Position numbers and translations under genes: made by a program. Below, one piece after another: positions 1 to 11,929 of a stretch of DNA of 64,000 nucleotides. The notes beneath the pieces are model-generated. The model did no database searches and was not told where the DNA came from. It saw nothing but the letters and a program-made list of their open reading frames with translations. Source of the stretch: Eledone cirrhosa (taxonomy: Eukaryota); NCBI GenBank assembly GCA_964016885.1, contig OZ024742.1, positions 230,826,001-230,890,000 on the forward strand. The letters run 5' to 3'. Numbering within the stretch: position 1 is the first letter of the stretch; each line of letters starts with the position of its first letter.

Positions 1-153
1 ATTATTAAGTATTTTATTTATATGTGTGTATGTCTATATATATATATATATATGTGTATATATATATAATTAAAATTTCAAGAGATTTTTAGTTTGCAAA
101 TTGACAAGAAAAGTACAGTATTTAGTCAATTATGGGATAAAATATATAAAAAG

Positions 154-344
154 AATAATTGTTTCTACTTTAGTCACAAGGCCAGCAAAAACTCAGTACA
201 TTACTGGTACTTTATTTTATCGACCCCGTAAGGATGAAAGGCAAAGTTAACCTCGGCGGGATTTGAACTCAGACTGTAAAGGGACGTAACTATGCTAGAA
301 AGCATGGCGTCCAACCCTCTACCGATACTGCCAATTCACCGCTC
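154..344 (-). mobile_element. tRNA-derived SINE (family A, Nin/Deu-like core)
   Basis: Reverse complement has an A-box-like TGGCAGTATCGG, a B-box GTTCAAATCC, the core GCCTTTCATCCTTACGGGGTCGATAAAATAAAGTACCAG and tail CCTTGTG..AGAAACAATTATT; many copies in window. Confidence 0.85.
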
Positions 345-691
345 TTATAAAAAAATAATAAATGGAAAAGAGGATACCTAATTTCGTACTAATTCAAATT
401 TAAAATGATATCTTCTTAATAAAAAGATTTGCACCGGTATAGAAAAAATTCTAACAGTAAATCACTGGTATTAATTATATTTATATTATCATATATTGAG
501 ATATCAATAAATAAATATAGGAAGTTATATACTGCAACCCGTGGCTTAACAGTCTACAGCAGAATCTACAATGGCAGAACACTTCCTCAGTCCTTTTGGA
601 TTACTGCTGGATCAAGGAAACTGATTAGCATAGAGCTTCTGATCTTTACCAGTATCTATAGTGGTAAACTCCAATATAATCATATATATAG

Positions 692-741
<50 letters not shown>

Positions 742-745
<4 letters not shown>

Positions 746-1005
746 AGGGAGTGTAACGCGGAGTTACTGTAGGTTCACCCGGGCGAGCACTCGATGTTTA
801 GGTTCACGTCAGTAGCGAGGTGTAGAGCTAGACAGAGTGTAATATAATAAAATAAAATAAAATAAGGACGAATGTTACTCCTTCATTGCGTTTATTGGTT
901 GGTGACGCGCATTTCGTCACCGATCAGCTCAAGGTTCGATGTGTATCGATCTAGCCCGACTCTGTAATCAACGGCTCATCAGACCCTTTTGGTGGTAATG
1001 ATTGA
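742..1005 (-). mobile_element. Short HHR-bearing element (Penelope pLTR-like) between (TA)n tracts
   Basis: Homologous to 31480-31610; contains HHR core; (TA)n on both sides. Confidence 0.6.
901..985 (-). ncRNA. Type I hammerhead ribozyme motif with extended stem II
   Basis: ggt CTGATGA gccgttgatt..gatcggtgac GAAA tgcgc GTC acc; stem I ggt/acc. Confidence 0.7.
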
Positions 1006-1027
1006 ATATATATATATATATATATAT

Positions 1028-1671
1028 CTAGAGCGGGTAAAATTCACGAGATCCATAGACGAGTTCTCTCCAGCGGTCTCTGTCCCTCATTATCACTGCC
1101 ATGTCCTGTGTCTCAAACAGACCAGTGTCTGTCCTTAGGGCATCAACATACGTTATCTTTGGTCTTCCTCTTCCAGTGTGTCCATGTAGGGCCTCCCACA
1201 GGAGCACTGAGTGCAATGTCAACTCTGGATGTCGGTGAGCATGTCCAGCTAACCTCAGTCTCCTCTGTGTCACTTTTGAGCTGACTTTTGGGAGGCTACC
1301 ATAGAGCCTTGAGTTTTTCATCCTCAGTGTATACTGATTAATGTTCAGAGCCATCCTCAGCATTCTCGTGTAGCACCCATCCACCATCTGAGTGAGTTTC
1401 TTGGTCAGTGTCCAAGTATCAGACCCATACAGCAGCACAGACTCCCCTACAGCAATGAAGAGGCGGATCTTCAGATGCTCACGAAGGTCCGACTTCCACA
1501 CCGATCTCAAGCTGTAGCACGCTGCCCAGACTTTGCTCTTCCACTCAACCACATCATCTTCCGTATTCCCAAGGTTTGCTCCCAAATACAGGAAGTCTTC
1601 AACCAATTCTAGCGGCTTCCCGCCTACATTAGTAATCCCCTCTGGCTTCTCAACATTCTCTACCAGATATT
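1028..1671 (-). mobile_element. RTE-clade LINE, 3' end of ORF (post-RT region)
   Basis: VEDFLYLG, SVLLYGSDTWTL, RRLRLAGHAHR, GRGRPKITYVD motifs; stop codon runs straight into (TA)n. Confidence 0.85.
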
Positions 1672-1685
1672 TTCTCAATATTCTC

Positions 1686-2160
1686 TAAACAGGCCTTTGA
1701 TTCTGTGGACCGTCTCTGTCTGATGAGGATCTTACAGGCTTATGGAATCCCCAAGAGGATAGTGGACCTGATATCACTGCTTTACACGAACACCAAAGCC
1801 CAAGTCATTACACCTGATGGGATGACAGAGTTCTTTGAGATACTGGCTGGAGTGCTCCATGGAGATACATTGACTCCCTACCTTTTTATTATCGTAGTGG
1901 ACAATTGTATGCGCCTTGGATTGGAGAAACACCAGGACTCTGGCTTTACTGTAACACCGGCTCAGTGCAGGAGAGTTAAGGAGAAAAAGATATCGGATTC
2001 TGAATTTGCCGACGACATAATTTTGGTGACAAATACAGTGAAGGAGGCAGAGGATTTGATGCAAGAGGTTGAGACTGTGTCGATGAGTGTGGGGCTGAGA
2101 ATGAATGAGACTAAGACAAAATATCTGGTAGAGAATGTTGAGAAGCCAGAGGGGATTATT

Positions 2161-2163
<3 letters not shown>
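1686..2163 (+). mobile_element. Same RTE LINE, inverted upstream RT segment
   Basis: [26 protein letters not shown] motifs; ends in [12 protein letters not shown], which also starts the minus-strand piece. Confidence 0.85.
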
Positions 2164-2241
<78 letters not shown>

Positions 2242-2389
2242 TTATCAATGTATGTGTATATGTATGCATATATATTGCATATATACATATATATGCATAT
2301 ATACATATATATTTATGTATGTATATATGCATATATATATATGTGTGTGTGCGTTTGTCTATACATATATGTGTGTGTGTGTGTATAGC

Positions 2390-2424
<35 letters not shown>

Positions 2425-2590
2425 ATACGTGTCCTGTATCTCCTAAGGGAGCCGTAGGGTCGCCGTATTGAGATACGGCTTTTCTAGGGCATTTTTATAC
2501 CAGGTTTGAACACATCCAATTTCCAGAGAAGGATAGGAGTGAGGGAGAAGTGAAAAACAGATAGAGAGGAAGAATCGACCTCACTGAATT
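2425..2590. repeat. Unclassified dispersed repeat
   Basis: Similar to 38690-38860 (ttccagagaaggatag..ggaagaat(c/t)gacctca) and, inverted, to 26560-26591. Confidence 0.5.
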
Positions 2591-2719
2591 TAGATTTAAG
2601 GTTAGTGTTGGGATGAGGGTTAGTGAAAAATACTAACCCAGCAACAAGGCTCGTTGACAGTAGACACGTGACCGTTCACAGTAACTATACGAACAGTAGG
2701 CGAAGAAGATATATAAATA

Positions 2720-2751
<32 letters not shown>

Positions 2752-3157
2752 CGTGTGTGTGTAGCTTACTGCTAAAATATGATTGCAAATAGTGATATTG
2801 AACTTTACTTCAAAACTACTACACAGGCAATTCATGCAATTTTATATTAGATTTAGATTAAACGAACGAGATATTGTCCATTTCTAGGCGTGCCATAATA
2901 TATTTCGTATCATGTCTCATAAATCAGCTTTTAAACCTTTTACAAATTATAATAAATATATTATATAAAATATTCTGCATTAATCTTCAGTTTCATTGAT
3001 CTCAGACCCCACGTCTTCTAATAGTCGTAGGCATACCATCGTAATATACAAGTCTTATGTATTTTTAAACCAGTCGGCACCCATCCCTTACCAGGTTTGA
3101 TCACACTCGATTTCTTATAAAGATGTAGAGAGGATTGAATGAAAGTGCTAGGGAAGT

Positions 3158-3470
3158 ATAATTGTTTCTACTTTAGGCATAAGGCCAGCAATTTGGGGAG
3201 AGGGGAAAGTCGATTAAATCGACTCCAGTGCGTGACTAGTACCTTATTTTATCGACCCCGTATGGATGAAAGGCAAAGTTAACCTCGGTGGGATTTGTAC
3301 CCAGGGAAGTTTAATGGACCCTAATACTGAACCGGTGCTTTATTTATCGTCTGGGAAAAGATGAAATGCAAAGTTGTCCTAGTCTAGATTTGAACCCAGA
3401 GCTCAGGGAGCCTGAATAAATATCGCAAGCATTCTAACCGCCATTCTAACCACTTTACTACTTTACCGCA
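3158..3470 (-). mobile_element. Two adjacent partial family A SINE copies
   Basis: Tail ttgtttctactttaggcataaggcc, core atcgaccccgtatggatgaaaggc, then a second decayed copy. Confidence 0.7.
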
Positions 3471-4469
3471 TCAATCTTCAATTTAATGGACAATGTTATA
3501 TAGTCAAACATAATATATTGACAGCTAGATCAAACGAAAACCTCGCCCACAGCTCGGTGTTGTCCGTTGACTTTATGAATTGTGGATCTTTCATAATTGC
3601 TTTTATCTGGGGTTCATCTAAATTTCTGCTTTGAATTGTTCCATGCTCTGTGTTGAGAATTGACTGCCTAAGTAGCCAAAGTAAACATATTCTTTGTTCA
3701 ATGATTTTACCCTAAGCTTCTGTGGTGAAATAGGCTGGTTAGTAATATACGTTATTTTAATAGCATGTAATATACTAGTAGTAATAATATTGTTGCTACC
3801 TTTTGTTTCAAATAGCTGATCATTAATTACTTAGAAGAGATGGGTCAAAAATGGGATCGACTTTTGAAACATCTCTCGAATATACCCAATAATACGTCTC
3901 TAATTTCTGTTTAACCAGCTGGACTAACCATCAACATCAACATTGATGATATTAGGAACGGAAGGCGATACGATGGTGAAAATAGATAGAGGAGGCGCTA
4001 CTGAACATCATTATAATATGATGTGGTGGTAGTGCGGTGGAGCTTATGGAGGAAGGTAGTGAACAAAATTCGTAGTATGTGAAAGACATTATTTCTGTGT
4101 TTGTCTTTTACATATTAGCATTGTTATTTACTAACCTACACTCTTACTATCCCTCCGCACCACTGCTACCACATCTTATCAACGTCGTTCTGTAGCCCTT
4201 CCTCAACCTATACCTCACTACCACCTCCGCCTATCATCAATAATGCTGATCCCTAGACTCTCCTCTCTCTACTCCTCTCAGCATTGTTATCACTGCTACC
4301 ACCTCCTATTATCTAATTATATTCAGAAGAGACAGTATCCTTTGCTAAATGATACGACGTTGCCTGCTCAAGGCAACTTCGATGACATCAACGTCAATCT
4401 AATCCAGAATTGTACAGTATGAATCACTCACATGTTTGATGTCAACGACGACGTGGACATTGCTGCCGA

Positions 4470-6240
4470 GGGTGGTGGTGGTGATGCTGGTAGTGGTGGT
4501 GTTGACGGTGGCGGTGGTGATGGCGGTGGTGATGGTGGTGGTGGTGATGGTGATGACGGTGGTGGTGGTGGTAGTGATGGGAGTGTAGGTGGTGGTGGTG
4601 GTGTTGACGGCAGTGGTGGCGGTGGTGATGGCGGTGGTGGTGGTGATGGTGGCGGTGGTGGTGATGCTGGTAGTGGTGGTGTTGACGGCAGTGGTGGCGG
4701 TGGTGATGGCGGCGGTGATGGTGGTGGTGGTGATGATGGTGGTGGTGGTAGTGATGGGAGTGTAGGTGGTGGTGGTGGTGTTGACGGCAGTGGTGGTGGT
4801 GGTGATGGCGGTGGTGATGGTGGCGGCGGTGTTGTTGTTGTTGGTGGTGGTGGTGGTGGTGGTGGTGGTGGAGTTTTTGCTGCTGCCTTTGCTAATAGTG
4901 GTGGTAGAGATGTTGGTAGTACTGCTGCTGTCGGTGGTGGAGTTGCGGTTGTCGCTGATGGTGATGGTTATAGTGATGGTGATGGTGATGGTGGTGGCGG
5001 TGCTAGGGTTGCTAGTGAGTGTCGTGCTTGTGGTGAGAAGCGTGTTGCTTGTGTTGGTGGCGGTGGTGGTGGTGGTGGTGGTGGTATTGGTGAGAGGCGT
5101 GTTGCTTGTGTTGGTGGCGGTGGTGGTGGTGGTGGCGGTGGTATTGGTGAGAGGCGTGTTGCTTGTGTTGGTGGCGGTGGTGGTGGTGGTGGTATTGATG
5201 GTGGTATTGGTGAGAGGCGTGTTGCTTGTGGTGGTGGTGGTGGTATTGGTGTTGGTGGGGGTGGTATTGGTGGTGGTGGTGGTGATGGTATTGGAGAGAG
5301 GCGTGCTGCTTGTGTTGGTGGCGGGGGTGGTGGTATTGATGGTGGTATTGGTGAGAGGCGTGTTGCTTGTGTTGGTGGTGGTGGTGGTGGTGGTATTGGT
5401 GAGAGGCGTGTTGCTTGTGTTGCTTGTGTTGGTGGTCGTGGTGGTGGTGGTGGTGGTGGTATTGGTGGTGGTGGTGGTGGTGATGGTATTGGTGAGAGGC
5501 GTGTTGCTTGTGTTGGTGGTGTTGGTGGTGGTGGTATTGGTGGTGATGGTATTGGTTAGAGGCGTGTTGCTTGTGTTGGTGCTGGTATTGGTGGTGGTGG
5601 TGGTGGTGGTGATGGTATTGGTTAGAGGCGTGTTGCTTGTGTTGGTGCTGGTATTGGTGGTGGTGGTGGTGGTGGTGATGGTATTGGTTAGAGGCGTGTT
5701 GCTTGTGTTGGTGCTGGTATTGGTGGTGGTGGTGGTGGTGGTGATGGTATTGGTTAGAGGCGTGTTGCTTGTGTTGGTGCTGGTATTGGTGGTGGTGGTG
5801 GTGGTGATGGTATTGGTGAGAGGCGTGTTGCTTGTGTTGGTGGTGTTGGTGGTGGTGGTGATAGTATTGGTGAGAGGCGTGTTGCTTGTGTTGGTGGTGT
5901 TGGTGGTGGTGGTGATAGTATTGGTGAGAGGCGTGTTGCTTGTGTTGCTTGTGTTGGTGGTCGTGGTGGTGGTGGTGGTGGTGATGGTATTGGTGAAAGG
6001 CGTGTTGCTTGTGTTGGTGGTGTTGGTGGTGGTGGTGGTATTGGTGGTGGTGGTGGTGGTATTGGTGAGAGGTTTGTTGCTTGTGTTGGTGGTGTTGGTG
6101 GTGGTGGTGGTGGAGGTGCAGTTGTTGATTATGATGCTGAATATCGTGGTGTTAATTATGGCTGTGTTATCGCTGAAGGTGGCGGTGGGGATGTTGCTGG
6201 TGTCGTTGTTATTGTTGTTTGTGAAGGAGTTGATGTGACT
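4470..6240. repeat. (GGT)n-rich low-complexity tract with recurring GAGAGGCGTGTTGCTTGTGTT module
   Basis: Direct reading. Confidence 0.9.
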
Positions 6241-7505
6241 GGGAGTGCTAGTGATGCTACAGCTGTGGTCGGGGTGCTGCAGTTGCTGTAAGGTTGCTGT
6301 TGTAGTGCTGCTGCTGTTGATGCTACTATAGCTGCTGTTGTAATGATGATGATGTTGTAATGTTGCTGCTGTAGTGCTGCTGCTGTTGTAGTGCTGCTGC
6401 TGTTGATGCTACTATAGCTGCTGTTTTAATGATGTTGCTGTTGGTTGCTGCTGCTGTTGTAGTGTTGCTGCTGTTGTAATGCTACTATAGCTGCTGTTGT
6501 AATGATGTTGCTGTTGATGCTACTATAGCTGCTGTTTTAATGATGTTGCTGTTGGTTGCTGCTGCTGTTGTAGTGTTGCTGCTGTTGTAATGCTACTATA
6601 GCTGCTGTTGTAATGATGTTGCTGTTGGTGCTACTATAGCTGCTGTTTTAATGATGATGATGTTGTAGTGCTGCTGCTGTTGTAGTGTTGCTGCTGTTGT
6701 AGTGTTGCTGCTGTTGATGTTACTATAGCTGCTGTTGTAATGATGTTGCTGTTGGGTGCTGCTGCTGTTGATGCTACTATAGCTGCTGTTGTAATGATGA
6801 TGATGTTGTAGTGCTGCTGCTGTTGTAGTGCTGCTGCTGTTAGAGTGCTGCTTCTGTTGTAATGATGATGCTGTTGTAGTGCTGCTGCTGTTGTAGTGCT
6901 GCTCCTGTTGGTGTCACTATAGCTGCTGTTGTAATGCTACTATAACTGCTGTTTTAATGATGTTGCTGTTGGTTGCTGCTGCTCTTGATGCTACTATAGC
7001 TGACGTTGTAATGATGATGCTGTTGTAGTGCTGCTGCTGTTGTAGTGCTGCTCCTGTTGATGTCACTATAGCTGCTGTTGTAATGCTGCAGCCGTTGTTG
7101 TATTACTGCTGTTGTTGTGTTACTGCTGTTGTAGTGCTGCTGCTATTGGAGTGCTGCTGTTGGTGACGTTGCTGCAGCTATTGTTATCGTGTTGCTGTTG
7201 TTGTTCTGTTACTGCTGTTGATGTGCTACTGCTGTTGTTGCTACAGCTGCCGTTGATGTGCTGCTGTTGGTGGTGTGCTTTTGTTGCTGTGCTGTTGTTG
7301 TTGCTACAGCTGCCGTTGGTGTGCTGCTGTTGATGATGTGCTATTGTTGCTGTGCTGCTGTTGTTGCTACAGCTGCCGTTGGTGTGCTGCTGTTGATGGT
7401 GTACTATTGTTGTTGTTGCTACAGTTGCTGTTGTAATTTTCTTGTTGGGATGTACTGGTGTTGCGTTTGAGCTGTTTCTGTTGTTGCTTATGCGAGAGCT
7501 GCTCA
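6240..7505. repeat. (GCT/GTT/GAT)n degenerate trinucleotide satellite
   Basis: Recurring gatgctactatagctgctgttgtaatgatg module. Confidence 0.85.
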
Positions 7506-7509
7506 TGTT

Positions 7510-8562
7510 TTTGCTGCTGATGGTAACTCTGATGATGGGTATTGTTGCTGCTGATGGTAACTCTTATGATGGGTATTGTTGCTGCTGATGGTAACTCTAA
7601 TGATGGGTATTGTTGCTGCTGATGATAACTCTGATGATGGGTATTGTTGCTGCTGTTGGTAACTCTAATGATGGGTATTGTTGCTGCTGATGGTAACTCT
7701 AATGATGGGTATTGCTGCTGCTGATGGTAACTCTAATGATGGGTATTGTTGCTGCTGATGATAACTCTGATGATGGGTATTGTTGCTGCTGATGGTAACT
7801 CTAATGATGGGTATTGTTGCTGCTGATGGTAACTCTGATGATGGGTATTGTTGCTGCTGATGGTAACTCTAATGATGGGTATTGTTGCTGCTGATGGTAA
7901 CTCTAATGATGGGTATTGTTGCTGCTGATGGTAACTCTAATGATGGGTATTGTTGCTGCTGATGGTAACTCTAATGATGGGTATTTTTGCTGCTGATGGT
8001 AACTCTAATGATGGGTATTGTTGCTGCTGATGATAACTCTGATGATGGGTATTGTTGCTGCTGATGGTAACTCTGATGATGGGTATTGTTGCTGCTGATG
8101 GTAACTCTGATGATGGGTATTGTTGCTGCTGATGGTAACTCTAATGATGGGTATTGTTGCTGCTGATGGTAACTCTGATGATGGGTATTGTTGCTGCTGA
8201 TGGTAACTCTGATGATGGGTATTGTTGCTGCTGATGGTAACTCTAATGATGGGTATTGTTGCTGCTGATGGTAACTCTAATGATGGGTATTGTTGCTGCT
8301 GATGGTAACTCTGATGATGGGTATTGTTGTTGCTGATGGTAACTCTAATGATGGGTATTGTTGCTGCTGTTGGTAACTCTAATGATGGGTATTGTTGCTG
8401 CTGATGGTAACTCTAATGATGGGTATTTTTGCTGCTGATGGTAACTCTAATGATGGGTATTGTTGCTGCTGATGGTAACTCTGATGATGGGTATTGTTGC
8501 TGCTGATGGTAACTCTGATGATGGGTATTGTTGCTGCTGTGGTAACTCTGATGATGGGTATT
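7510..8562. repeat. 34-bp minisatellite, about 31 copies
   Basis: Unit tgttgctgctgatggtaactct(a/g)atgatgggtat; ggtaa at 7522 and 7556. Confidence 0.95.
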
Positions 8563-8574
8563 TCGGTGTTAATT

Positions 8575-8932
8575 ATAATTGTTTCTACTTTTGGCACAAG
8601 ACCAGCAATTACCCAGTGCATTACTGGTATTTTATTTATCGACCCCGTAAGAATAAAAGGCAAAGTTAACCTCGGCGGGATGACAGTGACGGAGATGATG
8701 GTGGCGATATTATTGGTGGTAATGAAAATAGGGGCGATGTTTATGAGGGTGTTTATGATGATAATTGTTTCTACTTTAGGCACAAGGCCAGCAATTACCC
8801 AGTGCATTACTGGTACTTCATTTTATCGACGCCGTAAGGATGAAAGACAAAGTTAACGTCGACGGGATTTGAACTTATACTGTAAAGGGACGTAACTATG
8901 CTAGAAAGCATGGAGTCCAACCCTCTACCGAT
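8575..8932 (-). mobile_element. Two family A SINE copies (8575-8681 partial, 8760-8932)
   Basis: Tail and core match family consensus. Confidence 0.8.
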
Positions 8933-9182
8933 GTTGATGATGATAATAATGGTTACAGAGATAGTGATGAGGAGAAGGTTAAATATCATGTAGTAAATCC
9001 TGATGACCATGATGCTGCTGCTGCTGCTGCTGTGATAATAATGATAATGATGATGATGGTGATGATGATTATGATGATGGTTGTGGTGGGGGTGGGGTGC
9101 TAATGATAATGGCCCCCTAAATCTGATGACTGTGAAGAGGTTGAAACGAATTGTAGGTGACCTAGACAAGACGCTTCTGATA

Positions 9183-9363
9183 GAGGAGGATTAAGGCGTC
9201 GGGGGGGGGGGCTGAAGACGAGGGCCCCATAATATTTAAAGGGCCTCGAATTATCAGTTTTTCTTTTTGTTCTTTCTTCGTTTTTTTTTTAAGATACCAT
9301 AAACTGGACGGGCTCAGAAGGTATTTTCAGCCAGGTGCCCCATGCAAGCTTAATCCCCATTGG
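9183..9363. mobile_element. Possible decayed MITE
   Basis: GGATTAAG ... CTTAATCC short terminal inverted repeat with internal gggcccc motifs. Confidence 0.35.
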
Positions 9364-9489
9364 TTTCTGAAACTGATGAGGATGAGGCTGGGATAGTATC
9401 AAGCGGGGAACAAGGAAAAACTGAAAAAATGTTGGGGTAAGGGGCATGTTGAAATTTGAAATATATGCATACTATCTAAAATGATCAAA

Positions 9490-9680
9490 ATAATTGTTTC
9501 TACTTTTGGCACAAGGCCAGCAATTTTCACCAGTGCATTACTGGTACTTTGTTTTATCGACCCCGTAAGAATGAAAGGCAAAGTTAACCTCGGCGGGATT
9601 TGTACTCAGAACGTAAAGGGTCATAACTCTATGCTGCAAAGCATGGTGTCTGACGCTCTACAGATACTACCAATCCACCA
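9490..9680 (-). mobile_element. Family A SINE
   Basis: Full head, core and tail match. Confidence 0.85.
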
Positions 9681-10224
9681 ATAATAATAATTGATCAGTA
9701 TAAATAATAGTTGAGAAAATTAAGTAAAGTAGCCACTGGAGAGGGAAAATTGAACAGAAGAGCTTGTTGGAAATGAAACCCACATTGCTTGCATGTCGGG
9801 CGAATTTTTTAACAAATATGAGAAAGATGATAATTATTAAACAATGATTAACAATCATTAATGATTAGGATGTTAAACTCACAATCATAAGGTCCTGGAT
9901 CTATTTCCTGGATCGGTCAACTAAACCTACATATGTGTGAGCTTTAAAAATTAATTTATCTGTAACAATAACATATCATTTTTCAGGGTAGAGGCGCATA
10001 CAGATGTATATACAATATGTATATATATATATATATATATATGCATGATAAACATACCTATAGTTTTGATGTGAATATTTTAAGCTGCGAACATAACACC
10101 GCCACCGGTCAAGATTTATATATATATGCAATGTTAACGGAAATATCTATACAGTAAAGGATAGAGTGCATTAAAAATATTTGTTATTTTGACGCTTGGT
10201 ATAGTAGGAAAAGTATCTTAATAT

Positions 10225-10252
10225 TTCGGATGTTAGTCTTTCATCAGAAGTG
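10225..10252 (-). ncRNA. Degenerate minimal HHR motif
   Basis: CTGATGA aagactaacatcc GAAA tatta; resembles 25134. Confidence 0.35.
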
Positions 10253-10705
10253 GTAATGATAAATAAAAGAAAAAATATAAACAAAGAAGAGTGTAAGAAA
10301 TTGAAGAAATGGAAAAATTTGTGTTTTTTGTTTTGTTTTTTAGAAAAGAAAAAGGGAAGCCTGAAAAAATGTTATTACTGAAAATATAATTATTACGTAG
10401 AAGATTCTATTCCATTTTCTTCATTCCTAATATTTTATCATCTTCTGGCTCAATTTTTCTGGAATTTCTGCTTTTTAATTTTTTTAGTAAATAATTGATT
10501 TAGAATTTCTTGTCATCATTCAACTATTTTACTTTGGAGTTAATGAGTTTAGAAATGGGTTTGAAGAAATATTTTTATAGCATACTTTCATATATATATT
10601 TATATATAATATATATGTGTGTGTGCGTGCTTTTATGCGTGTCTATATTTGTGTATATGGATACGTGTGTAAATGTGTAAATATATTTGTATGTATGTGT
10701 ACGTG

Positions 10706-10740
<35 letters not shown>

Positions 10741-11137
10741 AATTTGATAGAATTCCAAAATGTTTTATCTCTTTTTTTTTTTTTTGTTATTGTCATTGTT
10801 GTTTGTTTCGAAGTTAGATGTTACATTATTCTTAATATTTTTTTTATCAGTTTGCATACAGTTTTAATTTCATTTTCTACGGGTTTGCTAGTACAAAATT
10901 TAATATTTAATATTTTTGTGGTTTACTATGGAAGCTGCAAATAATTCACATTATGATCTGAACAACCTTTAATTACGATGAAATGGTGAAATAAATAAAT
11001 AAAAAATAACTTTTTATCGATAATTTGTTTTTATAAAACATCTTTTATAATTATGAGAAAATTTAGTAATTCTCATTATGAATTTATCTATTTTTTTCTT
11101 TTGTGACTCTTATTTTGAAAAATTGAATAAATACACA

Positions 11138-11580
<443 letters not shown>

Positions 11581-11605
11581 ACTTAATAATAATAATAATA
11601 ATAAT

Positions 11606-11912
11606 AAAAGGAGAGGGAGAAAATTAACCGATACCAGGACTTAAAGTGGGAGGTAAAAAGGATTTGGAACTGCCATGAAGTCAGGGTCGTCCCGATAGTC
11701 ATAGGCGCACTAGGTACTATCTCAAAGAGTTTCCAAGGATGGTTAAAGAAAGTTAGTCCAGCCCCGCTTTTTGGAACACTTCAAAGGCATGCTTGCTGGG
11801 AACAGCAAGAACCCTCCAATACGTCCTGAATATCTGAGGCTGCAGGTAGCGGCTTGATATTCATTTCAACAAACTTTCCAGTTAAATAACATCAATGACT
11901 GAGACTCAAAGA
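11606..11912 (+). mobile_element. 3' fragment of Dong/R4-type RLE LINE
   Basis: EKINRYQDLKWEVKRIW..VVPIVIGALG; flanked by (AAT)n on both sides. Confidence 0.8.
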
Positions 11913-11929
11913 ACAATAATAATAATAAT

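Noticed and set aside
4432-6238. Gly-rich 375-aa and Val-rich 490-aa plus-strand ORFs
   Set aside because: Products of the (GGT)n repeat; the Gly frame is broken by repeated TAG variants
7510-8562. 34-bp repeats as a CRISPR array (also the 45-bp array at 39195)
   Set aside because: Head-to-tail units with no unique spacers, no cas genes, eukaryotic context
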